A DNA stretch of 64,000 nt from assembly GCA_036490795.1 (NCBI GenBank), contig DASXDG010000405.1, forward strand, positions 9,933-73,932, read 5' to 3'. Of the stretch, positions 9,430 to 18,419 are shown one piece after another; position 1 is the first letter of the stretch; each line of letters begins with the position of its first letter. A program made the position numbers and the translations under genes. The notes beneath the pieces are model-generated. The model did no database searches. It had not been told where the DNA came from and saw only the letters and a list, made by a program, of their open reading frames with translations. Source of the stretch: Streptosporangiaceae bacterium (GTDB taxonomy: Bacteria; Actinomycetota; Actinomycetes; Streptosporangiales; Streptosporangiaceae).

Positions 9430-10482
9430 TCAGGACAGATCGGAGCTGGTCAGCCGGGTAAGGAACCGGGCGGCGGTGCCTGACGCGATGGTCCGCGCGG
9501 CTGTTGTCATGCCGTCAGCGATGGATGCGGCCAGGCCGGCCGTCCACAGCGCGATGCCGGCGGCGAGCAGCACGACATCACGCCGCGGACCGCCGTCGCC
9601 GGACAGGACCGAGCGGCATATCCCGGCGTTCACCGCCGGATCGCCGCCCGCCAGTTCGGCGGGAGCGGCGCGGCCCAGCCCGAACTGCTCAGGCGTGATG
9701 TCGAAGGTCTCGACCTGGCCAGCGTGCAGCCAGGTGATGGTGGTCGGCCCGGACAGGCTGGGCTCGTCGATACCGGTCCCGTGCCCCTGACCGGTTGAGC
9801 ACTGCCCGTGAAGTACGGCCGCCCTGAGCCGGCCGAGGCGGTGCAGGGTCGTCGCGAGCACCCCGGCGAACCGCGGCCACGTCACGCCCACCACCTGCCC
9901 GGTCAGGCCCGCCGCCGGATGCGCGAGCGGGCCGGCCAGGTTGAAGACCGTCGGGAAGCCGAGGCCGCGCCGCGCGGCGGTGAGCTGCTCGGGGAAGCGG
10001 TGGAACACCGGGGTGGGTGCCACCGCGAACCCCGTGCGGGCCAGCCGCCGCACCGTGTCCTCGGCATCGGCGCGCGCCGGGACGTGCACGCCCAGCGCGA
10101 GCAGCATGTCAACGCTGCCGCAAGTCCCGGACACGGCCCTGTTCCCGTGCTTGATCACGGGCACGCCGGTCGCGGCGACGAGGATGGCGGCGGTGGTGGA
10201 GATGTTGAACGTCCCGCCGCCGTCCCCGCCGGTGCCGCCTACGTCGACGACGTTGTCGACCGGCAGCCGGACACAACGGCTCAGCATCGCGCGCGCGCAG
10301 CCCTCGATCTCGGTGGGGGTCTCGCCGCGCTCGTGCAGGTCGGTGAGGTAGGCCGCGATTCGTTCTCGTGGCCAGTCACCGGCCAGCATTGCCTCGAACG
10401 CCGTGCCCCCAGTTTCCGGGTCAGGCGTTACCAGGTCAGACGTCACCGGCTCAGGCGTCATTGGCTGAGCCGGCCTAGGCAA
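9430..10482 (-). CDS. TrpD-like glycosyl transferase family 3 (anthranilate phosphoribosyltransferase-like)
   Basis: The motifs GGTGGDGGGTFNISTTAA and KHGNRAVSG are TrpD / nucleoside phosphorylase family signatures. Confidence 0.7.
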   Translation of the reverse strand: MPRPAQPMTPEPVTSDLVTPDPETGGTAFEAMLAGDWPRERIAAYLTDLHERGETPTEIEGCARAMLSRCVRLPVDNVVDVGGTGGDGGGTFNISTTAAILVAATGVPVIKHGNRAVSGTCGSVDMLLALGVHVPARADAEDTVRRLARTGFAVAPTPVFHRFPEQLTAARRGLGFPTVFNLAGPLAHPAAGLTGQVVGVTWPRFAGVLATTLHRLGRLRAAVLHGQCSTGQGHGTGIDEPSLSGPTTITWLHAGQVETFDITPEQFGLGRAAPAELAGGDPAVNAGICRSVLSGDGGPRRDVVLLAAGIALWTAGLAASIADGMTTAARTIASGTAARFLTRLTSSDLS

Positions 10483-11305
10483 GGTGTTTCATCGCCTCGT
10501 CCACCCCCAGCCCGTCGTGCACGATCGTCTTGATCGCGGCCAGCATCTTGGCCGGGTCGTCAGCCTGGATGATGTTGCGGCCCATGACCACGCCGGACGC
10601 GCCCGCGCCGATCGCACCGCGCACCATCTCCAGGCTGCCCTCGACGGTCTTGGACTTGGGGCCGCCGGCGATCAGGATCGGTATGTGGCAGCTCTCGGTA
10701 ACGGCCGTGTAGGTGTCGGCCGAGCCGCTGTAGTCGGTCTTGATCGCGTCCGCGCCGAGTTCGGCCGCCATCCTGACGTTCACCTTGATCACGTCGGCCT
10801 CCATCCCGCGGCCGGCCACCTTGCCGCCCTGGGCCATCGGCTCGATGATGTGCGGGATGCCGAACCGCTCGCAGGCGCGGGTGACGTGCGCGTTCTTCGC
10901 GACCTCGTCGGCCTCGGCGTCGGCGTCCTCGTAGCCGATGAACATGAACGTGAGTACGGCGTCGGCGCCCATCCGCACCGCGTCCTCCACGTCGGCGATC
11001 AGCCGGTTGCGCCCCTCGGAGTGGGCCAGCTCGCGGCGGAACATGTTGGACCAGTCGAGCCGCAGGATCAGGGCGGGCGCGTTGCGGCCGGTGAACTGGT
11101 CGCAGCACAGCCTGGCGATGCCCGGCGATACCAGCACGCCGTCCGCGCCGCCCTCGATCAGCTTGGCCATGGTCGCCCGCGAGTCGATGTTGCCCGGCAT
11201 GGGCCCGTCATCAAGCCCGTGGTCGAACGCGACGCAGACGCTGCGTCCGGTCTCGGGGCGGATGATCCGGCCGAGCCTGATCTGCTTGCCGCAGTCCCCT
11301 GTCAT
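10475..11305 (-). CDS. Class I aldolase (DhnA/FbaB/LsrF, DeoC-LacD family)
   Basis: The opening RSVCVAFDHGL, a TIM-barrel-like pattern, AIKTDYSG (candidate Schiff-base Lys) and the length of 276 aa fit this family. Confidence 0.6.
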   Translation of the reverse strand: MTGDCGKQIRLGRIIRPETGRSVCVAFDHGLDDGPMPGNIDSRATMAKLIEGGADGVLVSPGIARLCCDQFTGRNAPALILRLDWSNMFRRELAHSEGRNRLIADVEDAVRMGADAVLTFMFIGYEDADAEADEVAKNAHVTRACERFGIPHIIEPMAQGGKVAGRGMEADVIKVNVRMAAELGADAIKTDYSGSADTYTAVTESCHIPILIAGGPKSKTVEGSLEMVRGAIGAGASGVVMGRNIIQADDPAKMLAAIKTIVHDGLGVDEAMKHLA

Positions 11306-12366
11306 TAGTTTCCTCCGGTAGAGCTTTGCGGGTTGACGACGACCTTCAGCGCTTCGCCGCGCTCGAGCAGGCCGAGCCCGGCGACGACGTCGTCCAGGCC
11401 GATGGTGGAGTCGATGAAGTGCGACAGGTCTATGCGCCCGGTCGCGATCATGTGCAGCGCCTCGGCGTTCTGGGCCGGCGTGGAGGTGAACGAGCCGACC
11501 ATCGTGAGCTGCTTGTAGTGCACCGTGTTGGTGTTGATCACCGACGTCGGCGCGCTCGGCGGCAGGCCGCCGAACAAGCTGATGCGCCCGCAGACCGACG
11601 CGAGTTCGACGGCGAGTGCCTGGGTTTCCGCGACGGGCGTGGCGGAGATGACCACGTCAGCGCCACGCCCGTCTGTTGCCTCGCGCACCGCTGCGCGAGG
11701 GTCTTGCTGGCTGGAGTCGATGAGCAGGTCGGCGCCGAACTCCTTGGCCCTGGCCAGCCTGGCCGCGTTGACCTCGAGCTGGATGACCTGCGTCGCGCCC
11801 CGCGCCTTCGCCATCTGCACGTGCAGGCAGCCGATCGGGCCGCCGCCGATCACCACGACGTGATCGCCGATCTGCGTGTCGACGAGCTGCTGGCCGTTGA
11901 GGACGCAGGCGAGCGGTTCGGTCACGGCCGCGAGCTCGTAGGACAGGCCGTCCGGGATCGGGTTCACCCCGCCCATGGCGATCACCTCGGGATTGACCGC
12001 CATCAGTTCGGCCAGGCCGCCCGGGTAATGGAAGCCGTGCGCCTTGATCCGCTCGCACATGGTCTGCCAGCCTCTGCCGCAGGCCCGGCACCGGCCGCAC
12101 GGGATCGCGGTCGCGATCTGGACACGGGCACCGAGCTCGGGCCATTCGCAGCCCTCGCCGAGAACGGCGACCTCGCCGGCTATCTCGTGCCCGATCACCC
12201 ATGGTGTGGCCAGGTGCGAACTTCCGTGCCGGTAGGTGCGTACGTCCGAGCCGCAGATCGCGCACGCGTGCACGCGCAGCAGGAACCCTCCAGGCGGTGC
12301 CTCGGGTTCGGGAACCTCCGCCACCTGGAGATCTCCTGGCCCTTGGAAAATTGCGGCGCGCATCAC
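11305..12366 (-). CDS. Zinc-dependent medium-chain alcohol/polyol dehydrogenase
   Basis: It has ACAICGSDV (catalytic Zn), a GHE motif, the CGRCRACGRG structural-Zn cluster and a VIGGGPIG Rossmann motif. Confidence 0.8.
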   Translation of the reverse strand: MMRAAIFQGPGDLQVAEVPEPEAPPGGFLLRVHACAICGSDVRTYRHGSSHLATPWVIGHEIAGEVAVLGEGCEWPELGARVQIATAIPCGRCRACGRGWQTMCERIKAHGFHYPGGLAELMAVNPEVIAMGGVNPIPDGLSYELAAVTEPLACVLNGQQLVDTQIGDHVVVIGGGPIGCLHVQMAKARGATQVIQLEVNAARLARAKEFGADLLIDSSQQDPRAAVREATDGRGADVVISATPVAETQALAVELASVCGRISLFGGLPPSAPTSVINTNTVHYKQLTMVGSFTSTPAQNAEALHMIATGRIDLSHFIDSTIGLDDVVAGLGLLERGEALKVVVNPQSSTGGN

Positions 12367-12935
12367 TTCTCCTCTCGATCATCGTGAAGCTGTGCGAGCA
12401 GGTCTTGCAGCGGACGGAGCGTGCCGAAGACGTAGCCGATGTTGCGCAGCGCGGCCTGATGCTGATCGGCTGTGGTGCCGGCCACGCATTCCGGCGGCAC
12501 GATCACCCGGTAGTTGAGCTGGTGGGCGTCCTGCGCGGTGGCGCGGACGCACACGTCGGTGGCCGCGCCGCAGAGCACGAGCGTGTCGGCGTTCAGCGAC
12601 CGGAGCAGCAGGTCCAGGTCGGTGGCGAAGAAACCGCTGTAGCGGCGCTTGACGATCACGTAGTCACCCTCGCGCGGCAGCAGCGCCGGGATGATCTCCA
12701 GGCCGGCCGTACCCTCAAGGCAGTGTTCCGGCTCCTCGTTGGACAATTCCAGGTCGATGCCGTCGGCACGGTGCCGTTCCTGCGTGTAGATCACCGGGAT
12801 GCCAAGGTCCCGCGCGGCATCGAGCAGGTCCGCGATGGCCGGCACGATGTCCCGCGCTCCGGTGCACTCGATCGGCGCGCCGGCGTCCACGAAATCGCGC
12901 TGCATGTCGATGACCAGGACGGCGGGGCGGCTCAT
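12363..12935 (-). CDS. Isochorismatase-family cysteine hydrolase
   Basis: I place the start at ATG 12935 (MSRPAVLVIDMQRDF). The motifs KRRYSGF and LVLCGAATDVCV (nucleophile Cys) are present. An ATGA overlap links it to the DMT gene. Confidence 0.8.
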   Translation of the reverse strand: MSRPAVLVIDMQRDFVDAGAPIECTGARDIVPAIADLLDAARDLGIPVIYTQERHRADGIDLELSNEEPEHCLEGTAGLEIIPALLPREGDYVIVKRRYSGFFATDLDLLLRSLNADTLVLCGAATDVCVRATAQDAHQLNYRVIVPPECVAGTTADQHQAALRNIGYVFGTLRPLQDLLAQLHDDREEK

Positions 12936-13849
12936 GCCGGGTCCGCCGTGGTGACGAACAGGAACGCGCCCGCGCCTATTACCAGGACCGCCCCCACGAC
13001 GATGGTGACCGATGGCGGCGCGGCGAAGAAGATCACGCTGATCGGCACCGACCAGGCGAACAGGAAATAGTTGTACGGCTGCAGCGACACGGCGGGCGCC
13101 CGTCCGTAGGAGTGGATCAGCAGGTACTGGCCGATGGCGGCGGCCACGGCGGCCAGCGCCAGCAGCAGGTACTGGTGTCCGTCCGGCCGCCAGTGCGTGG
13201 TCGTGACGGCGGAGGCCATCGCGACGACGATGAGACCTACCAGCGTCATGTAGGCGAAAGAGGTTCGTGCCCCGTCGTCGCTGACCTTGCGGGTCAGCAC
13301 GCCGTACAGGCCGTAAAGCACGGCGGAGGCCAGCGCCAGCAGCAGGCCGAGCCGCTGGTCGCCCGCCTCGCTGGCGCCGCTCGTGCCGCTCGTGCCGCTC
13401 GTGCCGCCGGGGCGCAGCATGATCACGATGCCGGCCAGGCTGACCGCGAGCGCGATCCAGGTCACCCGGCGGGCACGCTCGCGCAGCAGCAGGACGGCGA
13501 ACAGCACGCCGGCCACCGGCGCAAGCGCGAAAACGGCGCTGGCGTTGGCCAGCGAGGCGTGCCGTAGCGCGATCACGAAGACCGAGGCCTCGGCCACCAT
13601 CACGATGGACCGGATGATCTGCAGCCACAGGTGGCTGGTGCGCAGCAGCGCGCGGCCCTGCCCGGGGAGCCAGCAGGCGATGACGGCGAGGAAAGCCACG
13701 TACCTGGTGGCGACGATGACCGTCACCGGCACGTCCGCGGCCATCGCCTTGCGCAGGCCGTCCAGCGCGGCGAAGGCCAGCATGCCGGCCACCATCAGGA
13801 GAGCGGCGTGCCGGTACTCACCCCTCGTACGCACCGATGACCTAGCCAT
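12932..13849 (-). CDS. DMT-superfamily (EamA-like) transporter
   Basis: It has about 10 hydrophobic helices. I place the start at ATG 13849 (MARSSVRT...) because the tracked start would run to within 32 nt of the regulator gene's stop. It contains a 9-nt x3 repeat encoding GTSGTSGTSG. Confidence 0.7.
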   Translation of the reverse strand: MARSSVRTRGEYRHAALLMVAGMLAFAALDGLRKAMAADVPVTVIVATRYVAFLAVIACWLPGQGRALLRTSHLWLQIIRSIVMVAEASVFVIALRHASLANASAVFALAPVAGVLFAVLLLRERARRVTWIALAVSLAGIVIMLRPGGTSGTSGTSGASEAGDQRLGLLLALASAVLYGLYGVLTRKVSDDGARTSFAYMTLVGLIVVAMASAVTTTHWRPDGHQYLLLALAAVAAAIGQYLLIHSYGRAPAVSLQPYNYFLFAWSVPISVIFFAAPPSVTIVVGAVLVIGAGAFLFVTTADPA

Positions 13850-13880
13850 CGCGCACCCTCCCACGGCACGAAAGCCGCCG

Positions 13881-14849
13881 TTATGACAAGAAAAGCTGGC
13901 GCCGCTCCGCCGATTGCTCGAAGCGTTCGAGCCTGTCGGTGACCATGGGCGAGGCATCGCACATGGCCTGCAGCAGGACTACCGCGAGCACCATGGGGGC
14001 CGCTTGGGAGTCCCACACCAGTCCGGTGCCGACTCCCGCGGGCAGCAGCACATCGGACAGTGCCGCGGCGGGCCCCATGGCCACGTCGGTAATCGTGACG
14101 ACCGCGAAGCCGAGTTCGCGGCACCGGCCAAGCAGCTCGATCGATTCACGCGGATAGCGCGGCAGCATGATCGACAGCACGGCGGTACCCCCCGCCGCGC
14201 GTGCCTGCTCAAGCTGATCCTCGATCTCGCTGCCCGTCCCGGCGACAACCCGGACATCGGGATGAAACTTCCTCGCGAAAAAACTCACATAGGAGGCCAG
14301 CGGGGCGGATACCCGCAGGCCCATGATGGTCAGCGGGCGCGACGCCACCAGCAGCCTGGCGGCCTCCTGGACCGGGCCAGGATCGGACAGCGCGGCGCTG
14401 AGCCCTTCCAGGTTCGCTATCTCGGCCGCGACCGCGTGCTGGTACTCGTTGCGGCGCGCGTCCGCGTTGTCCTCGGCGACGCCGCCGTCCTCCGCGGCAC
14501 CGCCTAGGTGCAGTTCGCGCAGGCGCATGCGCAGATCGGGATATCCGTCATAGCCGAGCGCCATCGCGAACCTGGTCACCGACGGCTGGCTGACGCCGGT
14601 CAGCGCCGCCAGTTCGCTGCTTGACAAGAACGCGGCGGTCGCCGCGTTCTCCACCAGGCACTGGGCAATCCTTCGCTGGGTCGGCGTGAGCCGGTGCCCG
14701 TCGAACAGCGCGAGGACACGCGCCGACGGCCCGCCCACGGCTGTCGACCGCGGCGGCGTCGATCGCGGCGCGGTTACCAGATCGGTGGTGGTACCGCCAT
14801 CCCCTGCTTGCACAGTTGCGAAGATCGCATGAATCATCTTCAACATCAA
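13881..14849 (-). CDS. MurR/RpiR-family transcriptional regulator (HTH + SIS domain)
   Basis: It has the HTH segment ELAALTGVSQPSVTRFAMALGYDGYPDLR, followed by a SIS-like phosphosugar-binding half. Confidence 0.75.
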   Translation of the reverse strand: MMLKMIHAIFATVQAGDGGTTTDLVTAPRSTPPRSTAVGGPSARVLALFDGHRLTPTQRRIAQCLVENAATAAFLSSSELAALTGVSQPSVTRFAMALGYDGYPDLRMRLRELHLGGAAEDGGVAEDNADARRNEYQHAVAAEIANLEGLSAALSDPGPVQEAARLLVASRPLTIMGLRVSAPLASYVSFFARKFHPDVRVVAGTGSEIEDQLEQARAAGGTAVLSIMLPRYPRESIELLGRCRELGFAVVTITDVAMGPAAALSDVLLPAGVGTGLVWDSQAAPMVLAVVLLQAMCDASPMVTDRLERFEQSAERRQLFLS

Positions 14850-14932
14850 GGGGTTGACTGAAATTCTTCATTAGGTTCTCCTTGACATGGACCTCGACAT
14901 GTTGTGGAGCCGAAGCACTTGAGGGGGACGTC

Positions 14933-16360
14933 ATGCGCGATTCAACCCAGCTGCTGGTCATCGGCGGCGGCCCGGCGGGCTCGACCGCCGCGGGACTGCT
15001 CGCCCGCGAAGGATTCGATGTGACGCTGGTGGAACGCGAGCAGTTCCCCCGCTACCACATCGGCGAATCCATCCTGCCGTCAGTCAAACCGATCCTGTCC
15101 CTGCTTGGTGCTTACGACAAAGTTGCCGCCCACGGGTTTCAGCCGAAGGGCGGCACGTTCTTTGCCTGGGGGCCGGAAGAATGGGATGTTCGGTTCGCTG
15201 ACCTGGGCGAAGGGACGACGAATGCCTGGCAGGTGATCCGGTCAGAGTTCGACGAACTGCTGCTCAACCACGCCAAGACGGTGGGGGTCGAGGTGCACGA
15301 GGGCGTGACCATACGCGACGTGCAGTTCGCCGACGGCCGCCCGGTCTCGGCCACCTGGGTACCGACTAAGCCAGACGGGGCGAAGGGAGACGAGCAGGGC
15401 GGCCAGATCAGCTTCGACTACCTGATCGACGCGTCCGGCCGCGGCGGCGTGCTGGCCAACCGCTACTTCAAGACCCGCCGCTTCCACGACGTGTTCAAGA
15501 ACGTGGCCGCGTGGGCGTACTGGAAGGACGCCAAGCAGCTGGAGAAGGGACCGCCGGGCGCGATCGCGGTGTGCTCGGTCCCGCAGGGCTGGTTCTGGGC
15601 GATCCCGCTGCACGACGGCACGATGAGCGTCGGGCTGGTGACCGGGAAGGACCTGTTCAACGAGTCACGCACCCGCCTCGGCAGCATCGAGAAGGTGTAC
15701 TTCGAGGCCATGAAGGAATGCCCGATCGTGCTCGAGATGCTCGAGAACGCCACCAAGACCACCGACATGAAAACCGAGCAGGACTACTCGTACGTGGCCG
15801 ATCGCTTTTCAGGTCCCGGTTTCTTCATGACCGGCGACGCTGCCTGCTTCCTCGACCCGCTGCTGTCCACCGGCGTGCACCTGGCTACCTACAGCGGCCT
15901 GCTGGCCGCGGCCAGCCTGAGCAGCATGCTGCGCGGCGAGATCGACGAGGACGAGGCCACCGAGTTCTACAACACCTGGTACCGGCACGCGTACGAGCGG
16001 ATGCTGGTCCTGGTCTCGGTCTTCTACGACAGCTACCGGGGCAAGGACTACCACTTCCATCACGCGCAGCGGCTCACCCACGCCGAACGCGAACGACTGC
16101 ACCTGCACGAGGCATTCCTGCACCTCATCACCGGCGTGGAGGACCTGGCCGACGCTAAGGACGAGGCCTTCGCGCTGGCCGCCGAGCAACTGGGCGGCAC
16201 CCCCGACATGTCCCCGATGTCGCGCTACAACGCGGCCAAGAAGGACGTGCCGACCGCGCCGCTGACCGCGGACAAGGCGGTGCGCGGCCTGTACCTGACG
16301 ACCGAACCCAGGCTGGGCCTGTCCCGGATCGCCGCCGCCGACGAGGTGACTCAGCCGTGA
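14933..16360 (+). CDS. FAD-dependent oxidoreductase of the flavin-dependent halogenase type
   Basis: ATG 14933 follows a GAGGGGGA ribosome-binding site. The motifs are GGGPAGS (FAD), GWFWAIPL (WxWxIP) and FLDPLLSTGVHLA (FxxPxxSxG). I could not verify a catalytic Lys. Confidence 0.6.
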   Translation: MRDSTQLLVIGGGPAGSTAAGLLAREGFDVTLVEREQFPRYHIGESILPSVKPILSLLGAYDKVAAHGFQPKGGTFFAWGPEEWDVRFADLGEGTTNAWQVIRSEFDELLLNHAKTVGVEVHEGVTIRDVQFADGRPVSATWVPTKPDGAKGDEQGGQISFDYLIDASGRGGVLANRYFKTRRFHDVFKNVAAWAYWKDAKQLEKGPPGAIAVCSVPQGWFWAIPLHDGTMSVGLVTGKDLFNESRTRLGSIEKVYFEAMKECPIVLEMLENATKTTDMKTEQDYSYVADRFSGPGFFMTGDAACFLDPLLSTGVHLATYSGLLAAASLSSMLRGEIDEDEATEFYNTWYRHAYERMLVLVSVFYDSYRGKDYHFHHAQRLTHAERERLHLHEAFLHLITGVEDLADAKDEAFALAAEQLGGTPDMSPMSRYNAAKKDVPTAPLTADKAVRGLYLTTEPRLGLSRIAAADEVTQP

Positions 16361-16656
16361 CGGCGTACGTGATCTCGCGGCTGCGGATCCGCGACCCGGC
16401 CACGATGAGCGAGTACGTGACGACCGCGCCGCCGACCGTGGCCGCGTTCGGCGGCCGCTACCTGGTCCGCGGCGGCGCGGTACGGGCGCTGGAGGGCAGC
16501 TGGGATCACGACCGGCTCGTGGTTGTCGAGTTCGCCACCAGCTCGGACGCCGTCGGCTGGTACGAGTCGCCGGCCTACCGGCCGCTGCGCGACCAGAGAA
16601 ACGGTGCCGCTGACACCATCATGTTGCTCGCCGAAGGCACCGATGGAGTTCGGTGA
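16357..16656 (+). CDS. DUF1330-domain protein
   Basis: The 99-aa product (MTAYVISRLRIRD...VVVEF.S...A..WY.S..Y) matches the DUF1330 family pattern as I recall it. Its start overlaps the previous stop. Confidence 0.6.
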   Translation: MTAYVISRLRIRDPATMSEYVTTAPPTVAAFGGRYLVRGGAVRALEGSWDHDRLVVVEFATSSDAVGWYESPAYRPLRDQRNGAADTIMLLAEGTDGVR

Positions 16657-17893
16657 GGGACCGGCCGCTGCGAGCCTGCAGCGGATGTGGGACCAACTCG
16701 AACCCATCGGGCGCGACCCGGGCAGCGGCGGGTACCGCAGGCTCACCTGGTCGCCCGCCGACGCGGCGCTGCGCGAATGGTTCACCGTCCAGGCCAGGGA
16801 GCGCGACCTGGACCTGGAAACCGATCGCAACGGGAACATGTTCGCCTGGTGGGGCGGGCGCGGTCCTGGCGCGGTGCTGACCGGCAGCCACCTGGACTCG
16901 GTCCTTGACGGCGGTGCGTTCGACGGGCCGCTCGGCGTGATGTCCGGGCTGGCCGCGATCGACCTGCTCCGCGCTAGAGCGGTCAGCCCGGACAGGCCGG
17001 TCGGCGTCGCCGTCTTCACCGAGGAAGAGGGCACCCGCTTCGGCCTTGCCTGCCTGGGCACCAAGCTGCTGACCGGGACGGTCGACCCGGACACGGCGAG
17101 GTCGCTGACCGACGCCGCCGGGACGACGTTCGCGTCGGCCATGGCGCAGGCCGGACTCGATCCGGAACAGATCGGTCCTGACGCAGACCTGATCGGCCGC
17201 ATCTCGATGTTCATCGAGTTGCACATCGAGCAGGGCCGCGGCCTGGCCGACCTGGACGCCGCGATCGGCCTGGCCGAGCAGATCTGGCCGCACGGTCGCT
17301 GGCGGATCCAGTTCACCGGTCACGCGGACCACGCGGGCACCACGCGGCTCGCCGACCGGCGCGACCCGATGCTGACGTTCGCGGGGACCGTACTCGCCGC
17401 CCGCCACGAGGCACACCGGTTCAACGCGCTGGCCACGTTCGGCAAGATCGACCTGAGGCCGTGCGCGACGAACGTGATACCGGGGACGCTGCTGGCATGG
17501 CTCGATGCCAGGGCACCGGACCAGGGCAGCCTGGACCGGCTGGTCGAGGCGATCACGGTCAGCGCGCGCGAGTCAGCGCGGGCGCAGCGGATCGAGTTCG
17601 AGATTCACCGCGAGTCCTACAGCGACGATGTCGTCTTCGATCCGGTGCTGCGCTCCCGGCTGTCGGAGGTGCTCTCGTCCTGCCGGATCAAGGCAGCGAC
17701 CCTGCCCACCGGGGCGGGCCATGACGCGGGCGTGCTCAGTGGCAAAGTGGCCACCGCGATGCTGTTCGTGCGCAACCCCACCGGGGTCTCGCACGCTCCC
17801 GGCGAGTACGCCGAACCCGCCGACTGCGTGGCCGGCGTGGAGGCGCTGGCGGCGATCTTGCAGGACGCGGTAACACCGCGGATCAGCCGATGA
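16643..17893 (+). CDS. M20-family amidohydrolase (allantoate amidohydrolase / N-carbamoyl-L-amino-acid hydrolase type)
   Basis: I place the start at ATG 16643. The motifs GSHLDSV, FTEEEG, HIEQG and AGHDA are typical of this Zn/Mn peptidase M20 subgroup. Confidence 0.75.
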   Translation: MEFGEGPAAASLQRMWDQLEPIGRDPGSGGYRRLTWSPADAALREWFTVQARERDLDLETDRNGNMFAWWGGRGPGAVLTGSHLDSVLDGGAFDGPLGVMSGLAAIDLLRARAVSPDRPVGVAVFTEEEGTRFGLACLGTKLLTGTVDPDTARSLTDAAGTTFASAMAQAGLDPEQIGPDADLIGRISMFIELHIEQGRGLADLDAAIGLAEQIWPHGRWRIQFTGHADHAGTTRLADRRDPMLTFAGTVLAARHEAHRFNALATFGKIDLRPCATNVIPGTLLAWLDARAPDQGSLDRLVEAITVSARESARAQRIEFEIHRESYSDDVVFDPVLRSRLSEVLSSCRIKAATLPTGAGHDAGVLSGKVATAMLFVRNPTGVSHAPGEYAEPADCVAGVEALAAILQDAVTPRISR

Positions 17894-18275
17894 CTTCGTC
17901 GACCGCGTACTGATTGGTGGACGCCGTCCAGAACTCCGTCACCTTGCCGTCGCGCAGGTGGAAGACGTGGGCGTCGTTGACCGTCATACTCAGTTCGCCC
18001 CGGCTGGCGGTGGTGACGACGAGTGCGACCGCGTGCTCATCGTCGGCGAGGATCGTGTGCAGGTCCAGGTGGAACGTGCCTTCGGTCACCTGCATGAGCT
18101 TGCCGAAGAAGGCGTAGACAGCGTCCCTGCCGCGGTAATCGCCGGCTAGCTGGTTGCGGCCCACCTCGTGCCAGAGCATGTCTTCGGCGAATAGCTCATT
18201 GAGGCCGGCGAAATCCCCTTTCGCAAATGCGACATATCCGTCCCTAATACGCGCGACGTTAGGATGCTCGGCCAT
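17883..18275 (-). CDS. NTF2/SnoaL-like fold protein
   Basis: The 130-aa core starts at ATG 18275 (MAEHPNVARIRDGYVAFAKGDFAGLNELFAEDMLWH), which is a typical SnoaL-like opening. The longer tracked ORF to 18506 runs through a non-coding repeat. Confidence 0.65.
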   Translation of the reverse strand: MAEHPNVARIRDGYVAFAKGDFAGLNELFAEDMLWHEVGRNQLAGDYRGRDAVYAFFGKLMQVTEGTFHLDLHTILADDEHAVALVVTTASRGELSMTVNDAHVFHLRDGKVTEFWTASTNQYAVDEVIG

Positions 18276-18419
18276 ATTCCGTCCCCTCCATGAGTAAAAG
18301 CGCACACATGACGAGAAGTCTCGCATAATCAGGGCGCGCGTCAAAACGCCCGCCCCGGCTACGGGAGCACCCCCGGCCACCAGGGCACCCCGGCCACCAG
18401 GGCGGCAGTCCACAGCCGT

